Below are positions 42,434 through 50,796 of a DNA stretch of 64,000 nucleotides, piece by piece; within the stretch, counting starts at the first letter, position 1, and each line of letters starts with the position of its first letter. Position numbers and translations under genes: made by a program. Source of the DNA: Actinomycetota bacterium (GTDB lineage Bacteria > Actinomycetota > Actinomycetes > Mycobacteriales > SCTD01); assembly GCA_032230005.1 (NCBI GenBank), contig JAVXVI010000013.1:1813-65812 (forward strand), given 5' to 3'. The notes under the pieces were generated by a model. The model was not told the origin of the DNA. It worked only from the letters and a program-made list of their open reading frames with translations, and did no database searches.

Positions 42434-42934
42434 ATGAACGCGTTCGACGATGTGCTGACCGCCAACGCGGACTACAGCAAGAGCTTCATCGACAAGGGCT
42501 CACCGGGCATGGCGGCCCGCGGGCTGGCCGTCGTGACGTGCATGGACTCGCGCATCTCACCGCTGGAGATGCTCGGCCTCGCGCCGGGCGACGCGAAGAT
42601 CCTGCGCAACGCCGGCGCTCGCGTCACCGATGACGTGCTGCGGACCCTGGTCCTCGCAGTGCACCTGCTCAATGTCAGCCGGGTCATGGTGGTCGCTCAC
42701 ACGGACTGCCGGATGACGAAGGTGACCGACGACGAGGTCCACGAGGCGATCCTGGCCAGGGGCATCGACACCAGGAGCCTGGAGTTCCGTACGACGGGGA
42801 ACCAGGTGGCGGCGCTGCGGCTCGACGTGCAGCGGATCCGGAGCTCGCCGTACCTCCCGAAGGACCTCGCCGTGATCGGCTGCATCTACGACGTGAAGAC
42901 CGGGCTGATCGACGTCGCCGCACCGCAGGAGTGA
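42434..42934 (+). CDS. beta-class carbonic anhydrase
   Basis: MNAFDDVLTANADYSKSF...LAVVTCMDSRI...VVAHTDCRM...GCIYDVKTG. The Cys/His/Cys zinc ligands sit in CxDxR and HxxC contexts, as in mycobacterial CanA. Track ORF was trimmed to ATG 42434. Confidence 0.85.
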   Translation: MNAFDDVLTANADYSKSFIDKGSPGMAARGLAVVTCMDSRISPLEMLGLAPGDAKILRNAGARVTDDVLRTLVLAVHLLNVSRVMVVAHTDCRMTKVTDDEVHEAILARGIDTRSLEFRTTGNQVAALRLDVQRIRSSPYLPKDLAVIGCIYDVKTGLIDVAAPQE

Positions 42935-42936
42935 CC

Positions 42937-44070
42937 TCAGCGACGGAAGACGTCGGGCCCGAAGGTCGTGACACCGGGTCGAGCGGCGTAGCCGAGATGG
43001 CCCTTGCCGTCGGTCCCACCGCTCCGTATCCCGAGTAGGTCTTCGTAGCTGCGCAAGGCGCTGTAGTGGTCATAGGCGACGTCGCTTCGGGTGCCCGGCG
43101 TGATGAACGGTGACAGCAGGACCGCGCCGGTGCGTCCACCGCCGGGTCCGGTGATGCCGGGCATCGGGGTGTTGGGCCCGGTCGGGTTGCCGCAACACGA
43201 TGAGGCGTCGCCACTCGCATCTGCCTCGTCGAAGGTGATGACGAGCAGGCCGTCCTTGCGGAACGCCGGCGAGGACGTGATCCGAGGGACCCAGGTCTCG
43301 AGGAAGGCGTTGATGGACGCGAGTCCGCCGGGGCGGCCGTCTATGCAGGGCGCGTCGTGGCCGTCGCTGCACAGATCCGGTGTCACCCACGTGAAGCTCG
43401 GCGTCGTACTCGCCTGCCGCAAGTCGGTTGCGAGACGGGGCAGCGGGCCCACGTTGCGGTCGCAGGCACCAGAGTCCAGGAGCGAGTGGAAGTACGCGAA
43501 GGGGTTGTGTCGCGCGGCGTACTGGTCCTTCGCCGTTGCGGACTGCGTCGGATCCTTCGTACCGGTGCCGGACGGGCTGCCGGGACTGCCGCAGGTCGCC
43601 TTCTCCCTCGTGGGATCTGCGCCGAGGTCCTCCATGTAGCCGTGCCAGCTCTTGCCGACGGCGCTGACCTGGTCGGCGAGCGTCTTCACAGACGCGGGGT
43701 AGACGCAGCCCTGGCCGGAGACCTGCCCGCTGCCATCGGGGACCGGCGCGCCAGGGGTGACATCGAAGTACTGCTGGCAGTCGGCCTGGGTGTACATGTT
43801 CGCGGCCTGGCCCGACACCTGGGTGATGTAGTTGTCGAGGCTGGCGTGGCCGGTCGCGAAGTACTGCGTCAGCAGTGCCCCCTTGGCGGGCAGCGTGCGC
43901 GCGAGGTAGCTCGGAGCGCCCGGCCCGAAGGTCGTGTCGAAGCCCTTGTTCTCCAGCTCGATCACGAACAGGTGCCCGATGCTCGGGCTCTTCGGAGCGG
44001 CAGCATCGGAGGGGACGACGACGGCCCCGGCCAGCAGAGCGGCCGCGGCCACCAGAACTCGCCGCTTCAT
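42937..44070 (-). CDS. secreted phosphoesterase-family protein (PF04185; AcpA-like acid phosphatase)
   Basis: Starts at ATG 44070 (MKRRVLVAAAALLAGAVVVPSDA signal). Core: IGHLFVIELENKGFDTTFG...GHASLDNYI...HNPF..F...VTPDLCSDGHD...LLVITFDE. The start overlaps the upstream stop (ATGA). Confidence 0.75.
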   Translation of the reverse strand: MKRRVLVAAAALLAGAVVVPSDAAAPKSPSIGHLFVIELENKGFDTTFGPGAPSYLARTLPAKGALLTQYFATGHASLDNYITQVSGQAANMYTQADCQQYFDVTPGAPVPDGSGQVSGQGCVYPASVKTLADQVSAVGKSWHGYMEDLGADPTREKATCGSPGSPSGTGTKDPTQSATAKDQYAARHNPFAYFHSLLDSGACDRNVGPLPRLATDLRQASTTPSFTWVTPDLCSDGHDAPCIDGRPGGLASINAFLETWVPRITSSPAFRKDGLLVITFDEADASGDASSCCGNPTGPNTPMPGITGPGGGRTGAVLLSPFITPGTRSDVAYDHYSALRSYEDLLGIRSGGTDGKGHLGYAARPGVTTFGPDVFRR

Positions 44071-45401
44071 CGCGCCATGGCCTTGCCCGCGAGGTCCCAT
44101 CCGCGCATCAAAGACGAATCCGCCAGCTCACGCCAGAAGGGGTCTTCCTGCCCCATGGGGTTGCTGCCGACCGGCGGCTGGCACACGTGCGGCCCCGGAT
44201 CCACGACGAGGGGGAGGTCCGGTACGGCGAGCTGCGGTCGGGCGAAGTCGAAGGACTCGGCGAGGTTGCGCGCCGCCGCATCGCGCTTCGTCAGAGGCTT
44301 CAACCCGAAGCGCCACTCGACCATCTTCAGGATCGACGTGTGGTCATAGGCGGCGTGCCCCACATGGCCCCTGCGGGCGAACGGACTGAGCACCATCGTC
44401 GGCACGCGGAAGCCGGCCTGCGCATGGTCGTCCTTACCGTGCGGACCCGTGTCGTGGTCGTCGGGCAGGCGCGGCGGCGCCACGTGGTCGAAGAAGCCAC
44501 CCCATTCGTCGTACGTGATGACCAGCGCGGTCTTCGCCCACTGGGGTGAGGAGGTCAGCACCTTCGCGACCTGCGACAGGAAGGCCTGGCCCCGGTGGAT
44601 GTCGGCGTGGGGGTGGTCGTCGTTCGAGCCACCCTGCCCTTCACCGAGGAAGAACGGGTCGAGATAGGAGTACGGCGCCAGCTGCCCGGCTGCGGCATCG
44701 GCGAAGAACCGATCGACGGGGCTGCTGATGGGCAGGTACTTCTGTCCCCACAGGACCAGGAACGGCAGGTCCGAGTAGTAGTAGCGGGCCGGCACACCGG
44801 CATCGGCCAGCCGGTCCCAGATTGTCGGCAGGGTGCTCGTCGTGCTGTCGTTGGCGATGCGGTCGGTGGCGGCCGCGTGCGTGTAGAAGCGGTTCGGGTA
44901 CGTCGGGCCGAGGATCGAGCTGAAGTACCGGTCGAACGTCGTCGCCTGCTTGAGCAGGGGGCCGTAGAAGGGCAGGTCCTGCTCGAGGTAGTAGCCCAGC
45001 GCGAAGTCGTCGTTGTCGCCCTTGCGGAAGCCGTCGAGGCGCCCGTGGTTGAACTGGAGTCGGCCGCCTTCGAAGGAGTGGTCCGGGTCGTTGTTGCCGC
45101 AGCCGTGCCGGTTGACCAGGTGGTGGGTGCTGTGGGCCGCGCCCTTGTCATCCCGGTACACCAATCCCTTCTGCCGACCGTCTGCCCCAGGCAACCAGCC
45201 GAGGTAGTGGTCGAAGGACCGGTTCTCCATGCAGACGACGACGATGTGGTCCAGGCCGCTCTTTGCCGGGTCGGGCAGCGGCGCGTAGCCGGTCCGGTGC
45301 GGGCCCGTGCCGGCAAGAGCCGAGATGGCGCCGGGGCCGAGGGCCGCGGCCGCACCCAGCCCCGCGGCTGATCCGAGCAGTTGACGTCGCGTGAGGGTCA
45401 T
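44067..45401 (-). CDS. Tat-exported phosphoesterase-family protein (PF04185; phospholipase C-like)
   Basis: Starts at ATG 45401 with MTLTRRQLLGSAAGLGAAAAL, a twin-arginine signal. Core: LDHIVVVCMENRSFDHYLGWLPG...GPTYPNRFY...ITYDEWGGFFDHV. Confidence 0.8.
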   Translation of the reverse strand: MTLTRRQLLGSAAGLGAAAALGPGAISALAGTGPHRTGYAPLPDPAKSGLDHIVVVCMENRSFDHYLGWLPGADGRQKGLVYRDDKGAAHSTHHLVNRHGCGNNDPDHSFEGGRLQFNHGRLDGFRKGDNDDFALGYYLEQDLPFYGPLLKQATTFDRYFSSILGPTYPNRFYTHAAATDRIANDSTTSTLPTIWDRLADAGVPARYYYSDLPFLVLWGQKYLPISSPVDRFFADAAAGQLAPYSYLDPFFLGEGQGGSNDDHPHADIHRGQAFLSQVAKVLTSSPQWAKTALVITYDEWGGFFDHVAPPRLPDDHDTGPHGKDDHAQAGFRVPTMVLSPFARRGHVGHAAYDHTSILKMVEWRFGLKPLTKRDAAARNLAESFDFARPQLAVPDLPLVVDPGPHVCQPPVGSNPMGQEDPFWRELADSSLMRGWDLAGKAMAR

Positions 45402-45442
45402 GAGTGCCACGTTCTGCACGTAGCACTGCGACTCCTGCTAGC

Positions 45443-45464
45443 GGGCGATGAACACGAGGTGAAG
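45443..45464 (-). promoter_or_regulatory. PHO box-like direct repeats upstream of the phosphoesterase operon
   Basis: The minus strand reads CTTCACCTCGT GTTCATCGCCC, two 11-nt units, 42-63 nt upstream of ATG 45401. Confidence 0.5.
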
Positions 45465-45513
45465 GCTCGGGGTCCGGTCGACATTCGGTGCGGCTGGCGC
45501 GATCAACCGGTCG

Positions 45514-46155
45514 TCACCGCACCAGCGAGGCGATCCACACCCCCGCCAGCCAGTGCGCGAACTCGTCGTCGGACCAGCCGCGTTGCTGGACCAAGCGGTG
45601 CCAGAGGACTCCATCGGTCGTCGCCCACATGAGGTCGCGGCAGTGCTCCTCGGACACGGCGAGCTGACCCGTCGCGGCGGCCGCCGCGGCCATGACGGAC
45701 AGTCCGTGCAACCGCTGCCTCCCCATCTCCTCGAGCATCTGCGCAGCGGCTTCGTCGGAGGAGGCGGCACCCTGGACGGCGAGCAGGAACGGCGCGACCC
45801 GCTGCGCCGTCGACGTGAACAGCCTCGCCTGTAGCTCCAGCCGTCTGGCGAGATCGCCCTCCTTCTGGAGCGCCAGGATCTCGGGACGCTCGTGGTAGAC
45901 GACGTCGTCGTCGTCGCCGCCGATCGTCACGTCCCACACGCGATGGAGCAGCCCGGCCTTGGATCCGAACGCGCCGTAGATGGTCTCCGGCGACACCCCC
46001 GCGGCCCGTGCGACGTCGCCGATCGTCGTTCGTCCATAGCCCTTCTCGACGAACAGGTCGTACGCCGCGCGCACGACACCGAGCCGCGTCAGGCGGGCCT
46101 GCTCCTGGCGCCCCGAGGCGTCGTAGCTGCGCCTGCCCTTGACCTGTTCGCTCAT
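45514..46155 (-). CDS. TetR/AcrR family transcriptional regulator
   Basis: 213 aa with the N-terminal HTH VVRAAYDLFVEKGYGRTTIGDVARAAGVSPETIYGAFGSKAGLL. Confidence 0.85.
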   Translation of the reverse strand: MSEQVKGRRSYDASGRQEQARLTRLGVVRAAYDLFVEKGYGRTTIGDVARAAGVSPETIYGAFGSKAGLLHRVWDVTIGGDDDDVVYHERPEILALQKEGDLARRLELQARLFTSTAQRVAPFLLAVQGAASSDEAAAQMLEEMGRQRLHGLSVMAAAAAATGQLAVSEEHCRDLMWATTDGVLWHRLVQQRGWSDDEFAHWLAGVWIASLVR

Positions 46156-46157
46156 TT

Positions 46158-46200
46158 CCGATACACCTCTACTGTATTCATTACGCTACTACTGTATCGG
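46158..46200. promoter_or_regulatory. AT-rich TetR/methyltransferase divergent promoter with inverted and direct repeats (putative operator)
   Basis: CCGATACA (46158-46165) is the inverted complement of TGTATCGG (46193-46200). The direct repeat CTACTGTAT occurs at 46169-46177 and 46189-46197, 20 nt apart. The 54-bp spacer is far more AT-rich than the rest of the window. Confidence 0.45.
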
Positions 46201-46209
46201 ATATTCACG

Positions 46210-47034
46210 ATGACCACGACGAGCTTCAGCTGGAGTGCCGTAGCCCCTGCCTGGGACCGGCATCGCGCGCACATCGAGCAGACGAAGGCGCCGGCGACGA
46301 CGGCGCTCCTCGAGGCACTGCGCCTGACACCGGGCGAGCGGCTGCTCGAGCTCGGCGCCGGCACCGGGGAGCTGGCCGTGCAGCTGGCGGCGGCCGTCGC
46401 TCCCGGTCAGGTCATCGCCAGCGATGTCGCCCCGGCGATGGTCGCGCTGCTCGAGTCGACGTTGCGCCACACGGCCAACGCGACGGCCGAACAGCTCGAC
46501 GCATGCGCCCTCGCGCTGCCCGACGCCTCGGTGGACGTCGTCGTCTTCCGCATGGGGTTGATGCTGATGGACGAGCCGAGCGCTGCGCTGCGGGAGATCC
46601 GTCGCGTCCTGCGCCCCGGCGGGCGGCTGGGCCTCGTCGTGTGGGCCGGGCCAGAGCACAACCCGTGGATGGTGGCCGTCGGCATGTCGGCGATGATGCA
46701 CGGACTCGTGAGCGGTGGGCCGCCGACCGGCCCGGGTGGCCCGTTCTCCCTCAGCGACGCCGACGGGCTGCGCGGTCTGGTGGCAGCCGCCGGCTTCCGT
46801 GACGTCGACGTCGCGCCGGTGGAGACCCCGAGCCACTTCGTCGATGAGGCGGAGCACTTCGACACGGTGAGCTCGCTGGCCGGACCGCTGGGTGTCGCTC
46901 TGGCTACCGCCTCCGCCGATGCGCTGGCCGCCGTTCGAGCGACGACGGCCGAGATCGTCCGGCAGTACAAGACCGAGAAAGGGCTGGTCCTCCCCGGGCG
47001 CGCTCTCGTCTGCACGGCGATCGCCAACCACTGA
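46210..47034 (+). CDS. class I SAM-dependent methyltransferase
   Basis: Starts at ATG 46210. Motif I is LLELGAGTGELAV, followed by ...DVVVFRMGLMLMDEPSAALREIRRVLRPGGRLGLVVW. Track ORF was trimmed. Confidence 0.8.
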   Translation: MTTTSFSWSAVAPAWDRHRAHIEQTKAPATTALLEALRLTPGERLLELGAGTGELAVQLAAAVAPGQVIASDVAPAMVALLESTLRHTANATAEQLDACALALPDASVDVVVFRMGLMLMDEPSAALREIRRVLRPGGRLGLVVWAGPEHNPWMVAVGMSAMMHGLVSGGPPTGPGGPFSLSDADGLRGLVAAAGFRDVDVAPVETPSHFVDEAEHFDTVSSLAGPLGVALATASADALAAVRATTAEIVRQYKTEKGLVLPGRALVCTAIANH

Positions 47035-47105
47035 TAGCGGGAAATGCTGGTCAACGGCACGCGCGACGAGCACTCTGCAGGCAACCGTCGGAGGAGGCGC
47101 CCGTC

Positions 47106-48770
47106 ATGGCTGAACACGCGAGGTCTCGAGACACGCAGATCACGAGCGATCCGGGGGGTGACGACGCTCGGCTCGAGAGCCTCGGCTACCGACCAGAGCT
47201 GAAGCGCGTCCTCGGCCTGTTCGACAACTTCAGCGTCGCCTTCACGTACCTGTCACCGATGGTCGGTGTCTACTCGCTGTTCGTCCTGGGTGTCGGGACC
47301 GGCGGCCCGCGCTACATCTGGCTGATGCCGATCGTGGTGATCGGCATGCTCTTCGTCGCGATGGTCTTCGGCGAGCTCGGCAGCCACTACCCGGTCGCCG
47401 GTGCGCTGTACCAGTACAGCAAGTTCACTGTCGGGGCGTCGTACGGCTGGTGGGTCGGCTGGTTCTACGGCATCGCACTGCTCGTCACCGTGGCATCGGT
47501 CGACACGGGCGTCGTGCCCTACGTCGCGTCACTCTCGAACAACGTGCTGAACACCTCGATCGACCCCACGAAGCACAGCACCATCCTGCTCATCACGTTG
47601 CTGCTCCTGCTCGTCCAGACGACCATCAACGTCATCGGAGCTCGGGCGATGGGCAACGTCGCGCGCCTGGGGACCTACGTCGAGATCGTCGGCACGTTCG
47701 GCATCGCGATCATCCTGGCGATCGCCGGCTTCCACCACGGCCTCGGTTTCCTCTTCTCGAGCAAGGGGGCCGAGCACGCGTCGTCCAACCCTCTGGGAGT
47801 CGGTTTCGGGGGGCACTGGCTGGCGGGCGCGGCCCTCGTCGCGATCCTCGCCCACGTGTACATCTTCTACGGCTTCGAGTCAGCTGGTGACATCGCCGAG
47901 GAGACGAAGGACGCAGCGCGGCTGGTGCCCAGGAGCATGCGGAACGCCCTGATCTTCGGTGGGATCTCGTCCTTCGTACTGGTCGCCGCGCTGCTGCTCG
48001 CCATGCCGTCCGGCGCCGGCTATGCGACCGCCGCGTCGTTCGACGGCGGCGTGCCGTTCATCCTCGGCCAGAACCTCACCGCCTGGTTGCAGGACGTCCT
48101 GCTGGTGCTGGTCGTCTTCGCGTTCTTCTCCTGCGGCTCATCCGTGCAGGGCGCCGGCGCCCGACTGCTGTTCTCCTACGCGCGCGACGGCGCAATCCCG
48201 GGTGGCCCGGGGCTCTCCAAGGTCTCGCGCCGCTTCCACACGCCGGTCAACGCGCTGCTGATCGGCGCGATCGTGCCCGTGTTCTTCACCCTGCTCGTCA
48301 ACCTCAGCCCGTCGAAGGACGTGAGCATCGGCTTCATCACCTACCCGGCAAAGGTCAACGCGTTGACCGCACTTGTGTCGTTCGGCGTCACCGGGATCTA
48401 CCTGTCGTTCCTGATGACTGTCGTCGGCGCGATCGTCGCTCGACGCCGCGGGTGGACCCCAGCCGGACCGTTCCAGCTTCGTCGCTGGGCATGGCCGGTG
48501 ACTGTCGTGGCGGCCGCATACCTCACGGTGATGCTTGTGGACATCATCGCGCCGACGGGCCTGTCGAGTCCGCGCGGTGCGCTGTTCAACCTCGACTGGG
48601 TGACCGTCAGCGTCATGGTCGTCATAGCCATCGTGGGACTCGTCGTGCGTCAGCTCACGCATCCCGAGCGCCAGGTCGCGCAGCACCGGGTCGAGGCACC
48701 AGAGGATTCCGCAGCGAACGTTGCGATGCCCTCGCCGCGGGCGCCGACGGAGCACCTGAACCCGCACTGA
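47106..48770 (+). CDS. APC-superfamily amino acid/polyamine permease
   Basis: 554 aa, about 12 TM, with GGAGGAGG upstream. The N-terminal LKRVLGLFDNFSVAFTYLSPMVGVY and FGELGSHYPVAGALYQY are typical APC signatures. Confidence 0.8.
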   Translation: MAEHARSRDTQITSDPGGDDARLESLGYRPELKRVLGLFDNFSVAFTYLSPMVGVYSLFVLGVGTGGPRYIWLMPIVVIGMLFVAMVFGELGSHYPVAGALYQYSKFTVGASYGWWVGWFYGIALLVTVASVDTGVVPYVASLSNNVLNTSIDPTKHSTILLITLLLLLVQTTINVIGARAMGNVARLGTYVEIVGTFGIAIILAIAGFHHGLGFLFSSKGAEHASSNPLGVGFGGHWLAGAALVAILAHVYIFYGFESAGDIAEETKDAARLVPRSMRNALIFGGISSFVLVAALLLAMPSGAGYATAASFDGGVPFILGQNLTAWLQDVLLVLVVFAFFSCGSSVQGAGARLLFSYARDGAIPGGPGLSKVSRRFHTPVNALLIGAIVPVFFTLLVNLSPSKDVSIGFITYPAKVNALTALVSFGVTGIYLSFLMTVVGAIVARRRGWTPAGPFQLRRWAWPVTVVAAAYLTVMLVDIIAPTGLSSPRGALFNLDWVTVSVMVVIAIVGLVVRQLTHPERQVAQHRVEAPEDSAANVAMPSPRAPTEHLNPH

Positions 48771-48800
48771 CCACTGCGACCGCAAGAAGGCTCACAGAGA

Positions 48801-48830
48801 TCGCGCTGACCTACCGTCGGATCAGCGCGA
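48801..48830 (+). terminator. stem-loop after the permease gene (possible terminator/processing site)
   Basis: TCGCGCTGA (48801-48809) pairs with TCAGCGCGA (48822-48830) around a 12-nt loop. It lies 31 nt after the stop at 48770 and 16 nt before ATG 48846. No U-tract follows. Confidence 0.35.
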
Positions 48831-48845
48831 CACCCTGGAGCACAC

Positions 48846-49502
48846 ATGAATCGAAGCTGGTTGCCAGCACTGGCAGCCACCGCTGGGCTGGGGCTCGTTG
48901 CCTGCAGCGGATCGTCCAGCCCGTCCACCACGGCCGCGCCGACCGCTCAACCGTCGGTCGCGTCCGCGGCGCCGACCGCCTCAGCCGGCGACGCCAGCGC
49001 GATCCCGTCGCAGTCGCCGGTCGCCGCTGAGAGCAACCCCCCGGGAGACATCCCCGACAACCTCGCCTTCGTGCCCTACGCCAACACAGCAGGTGGCTAC
49101 AGCTTCAAGCACCCGGAGGGCTGGGCGCAGACCGAGAGCGGCACCACGGTCACGTTCACCGACAAGCTCAACGGGGTGCACGCCGAGCCGGGCACTGCGA
49201 CGTCGTCACCCACGGTGGCGTCCGCGCGACGTGACGACGTCCCGCAGCTCTCGCGCAGCCAGCCGGCATTCGAGCTTCGATCCGTCACCGCCGTGACCAT
49301 GCCCGGCGGCACGGGCGTGCGCATCGTCTACCGGCGTAACTCGCAGCCGGATGCGGTCACCGGACGGCAGTACCGCGACGAGGTCGAGAGGTACGAGCTC
49401 GTCAGCCACGGCAAGGAGATCGTGCTCGAGCTGTACGGCCCGCTCGGAGCCGACAACGTGGACGCCTACCGCACCATGGTGCAGAGCCTGCGGATCACGT
49501 GA
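48846..49502 (+). CDS. lipoprotein (first gene of ABC operon), possibly PsbP/LpqN-like fold
   Basis: Lipobox in MNRSWLPALAATAGLGLVAC, followed by a Ser/Ala/Pro-rich linker and a globular domain (GGYSFKHPEGWAQTESGTTVTFTD...). The stop overlaps the next start (GTGA). Confidence 0.7.
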   Translation: MNRSWLPALAATAGLGLVACSGSSSPSTTAAPTAQPSVASAAPTASAGDASAIPSQSPVAAESNPPGDIPDNLAFVPYANTAGGYSFKHPEGWAQTESGTTVTFTDKLNGVHAEPGTATSSPTVASARRDDVPQLSRSQPAFELRSVTAVTMPGGTGVRIVYRRNSQPDAVTGRQYRDEVERYELVSHGKEIVLELYGPLGADNVDAYRTMVQSLRIT

Positions 49503-50173
49503 GCGACCCGGCGCCGATCAGCGCATCCGGCCTGCACCGGTTCTACCGGCAGGGCGACAGCGAGGTGGCCGCGCTGCTCGACGTCGGTCTGACAGCAGCC
49601 GCCGGCGAGACACTGGCGGTCACGGGTCCGTCCGGGTCCGGGAAGTCGACACTGCTCGCGCTGCTCGCTGGTCTCGACTCTCCCGACGGCGGCCGCGTGG
49701 ACCTGTGCGGGCAGCGACTGAGCGGGCTCACCGAGCGACAGGCTGCCCAGGCACGGGCTCGGCACATCGGCGTCCTCACCCAGGCCAGCGGGCTGCTGGG
49801 CCACCTCGACGTCCTGGGCAACGTGCGGCTCGCGGCCGCTCTTCGACCACACGGTGACGGACCGAGCCCGGAGGAGCTGCTCGACCGGCTGGGCCTGGAG
49901 GGCCGGCACCGCGCCCGGCCCGCGCAGCTGTCCGGCGGGGAGACGGCACGCGCCGGTCTCGCCGTCGCCCTGGCGGGATCTCCCGACGTCCTGCTCGCCG
50001 ACGAGCCGACCGCCGAGGTCAGCCAGGACGAGGAGGAGCAGGTGCTCGACCTGCTCGCGGAGTGCCGCCCAAGGACGGGTGCCACCATCCTGGTCACGCA
50101 CTCAGCAGCCGTGGCCGCGAGGGCGGACCGGATCCTGCAGCTGCGCGACGGCCGGTTGGTGGCGACCTCGTGA
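49499..50173 (+). CDS. ABC transporter ATP-binding protein (MacB/LolD-type), subunit 1
   Basis: Walker A GPSGSGKST, Q-loop, signature LSGGETARAGLAVAL, Walker B LLADEPTAEV. Confidence 0.85.
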   Translation: MSDPAPISASGLHRFYRQGDSEVAALLDVGLTAAAGETLAVTGPSGSGKSTLLALLAGLDSPDGGRVDLCGQRLSGLTERQAAQARARHIGVLTQASGLLGHLDVLGNVRLAAALRPHGDGPSPEELLDRLGLEGRHRARPAQLSGGETARAGLAVALAGSPDVLLADEPTAEVSQDEEEQVLDLLAECRPRTGATILVTHSAAVAARADRILQLRDGRLVATS

Positions 50174-50796
50174 GCATCGCCGTCGCCACCGACATCTGGC
50201 TTGCCTACGGCAGCCGTCCCATCCTGTCGGGACTCGACCTGACCATCGAGGAGGGGGAGCAGCTCGCCGTCACGGGCCGCTCCGGCAGTGGCAAGACGAC
50301 CCTGCTGCTGGCGTTGGCGGGGCTGCTCCCCGTCGGCACCGGCCGGGTCACCTTGCGGCCTCCGCGGCGTGATGTCATGTACGTGCCGCAGGCACCGTCG
50401 CTCGTCCCCGAGCTCACCGCCCTGGAGAACGCCTCCCTCGGCCTGCGGATCCGCGGCACGGCACCCGCCGAAGCCTTGGCCATGGCAGCTGACCAGCTGG
50501 CCGGGCTCGGGCTGGCCGATGCCGCCGACCGGCTGCCGGCAGAGCTCTCCGGCGGCATGCAGCAGCGGACGGCGCTGGCCCGGGCCCTCGTGACCGCACC
50601 CGAGCTGCTGCTGGTCGACGAGCCGACCGGAGCCCTGGACCGTCAGACCGCCCAGACGGTGATGAGGGTCCTGCGCGAGACCTGCGCGGCCGAGAGCACC
50701 GCACTCGTGGTCGCCACGCACGACCCGGAGGTAGCCGCGCTCTTCGAGCGACGCCTTGTCCTGCGCGACGGGACGCTGTCGGAGGCGCGGCGATGA
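50170..50796 (+). CDS. ABC transporter ATP-binding protein, subunit 2
   Basis: The GTG at 50170 overlaps the previous stop (GTGA). Walker A GRSGSGKTT, signature LSGGMQQRTALARAL, Walker B LLLVDEPTGALD. Confidence 0.85.
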   Translation: MSIAVATDIWLAYGSRPILSGLDLTIEEGEQLAVTGRSGSGKTTLLLALAGLLPVGTGRVTLRPPRRDVMYVPQAPSLVPELTALENASLGLRIRGTAPAEALAMAADQLAGLGLADAADRLPAELSGGMQQRTALARALVTAPELLLVDEPTGALDRQTAQTVMRVLRETCAAESTALVVATHDPEVAALFERRLVLRDGTLSEARR

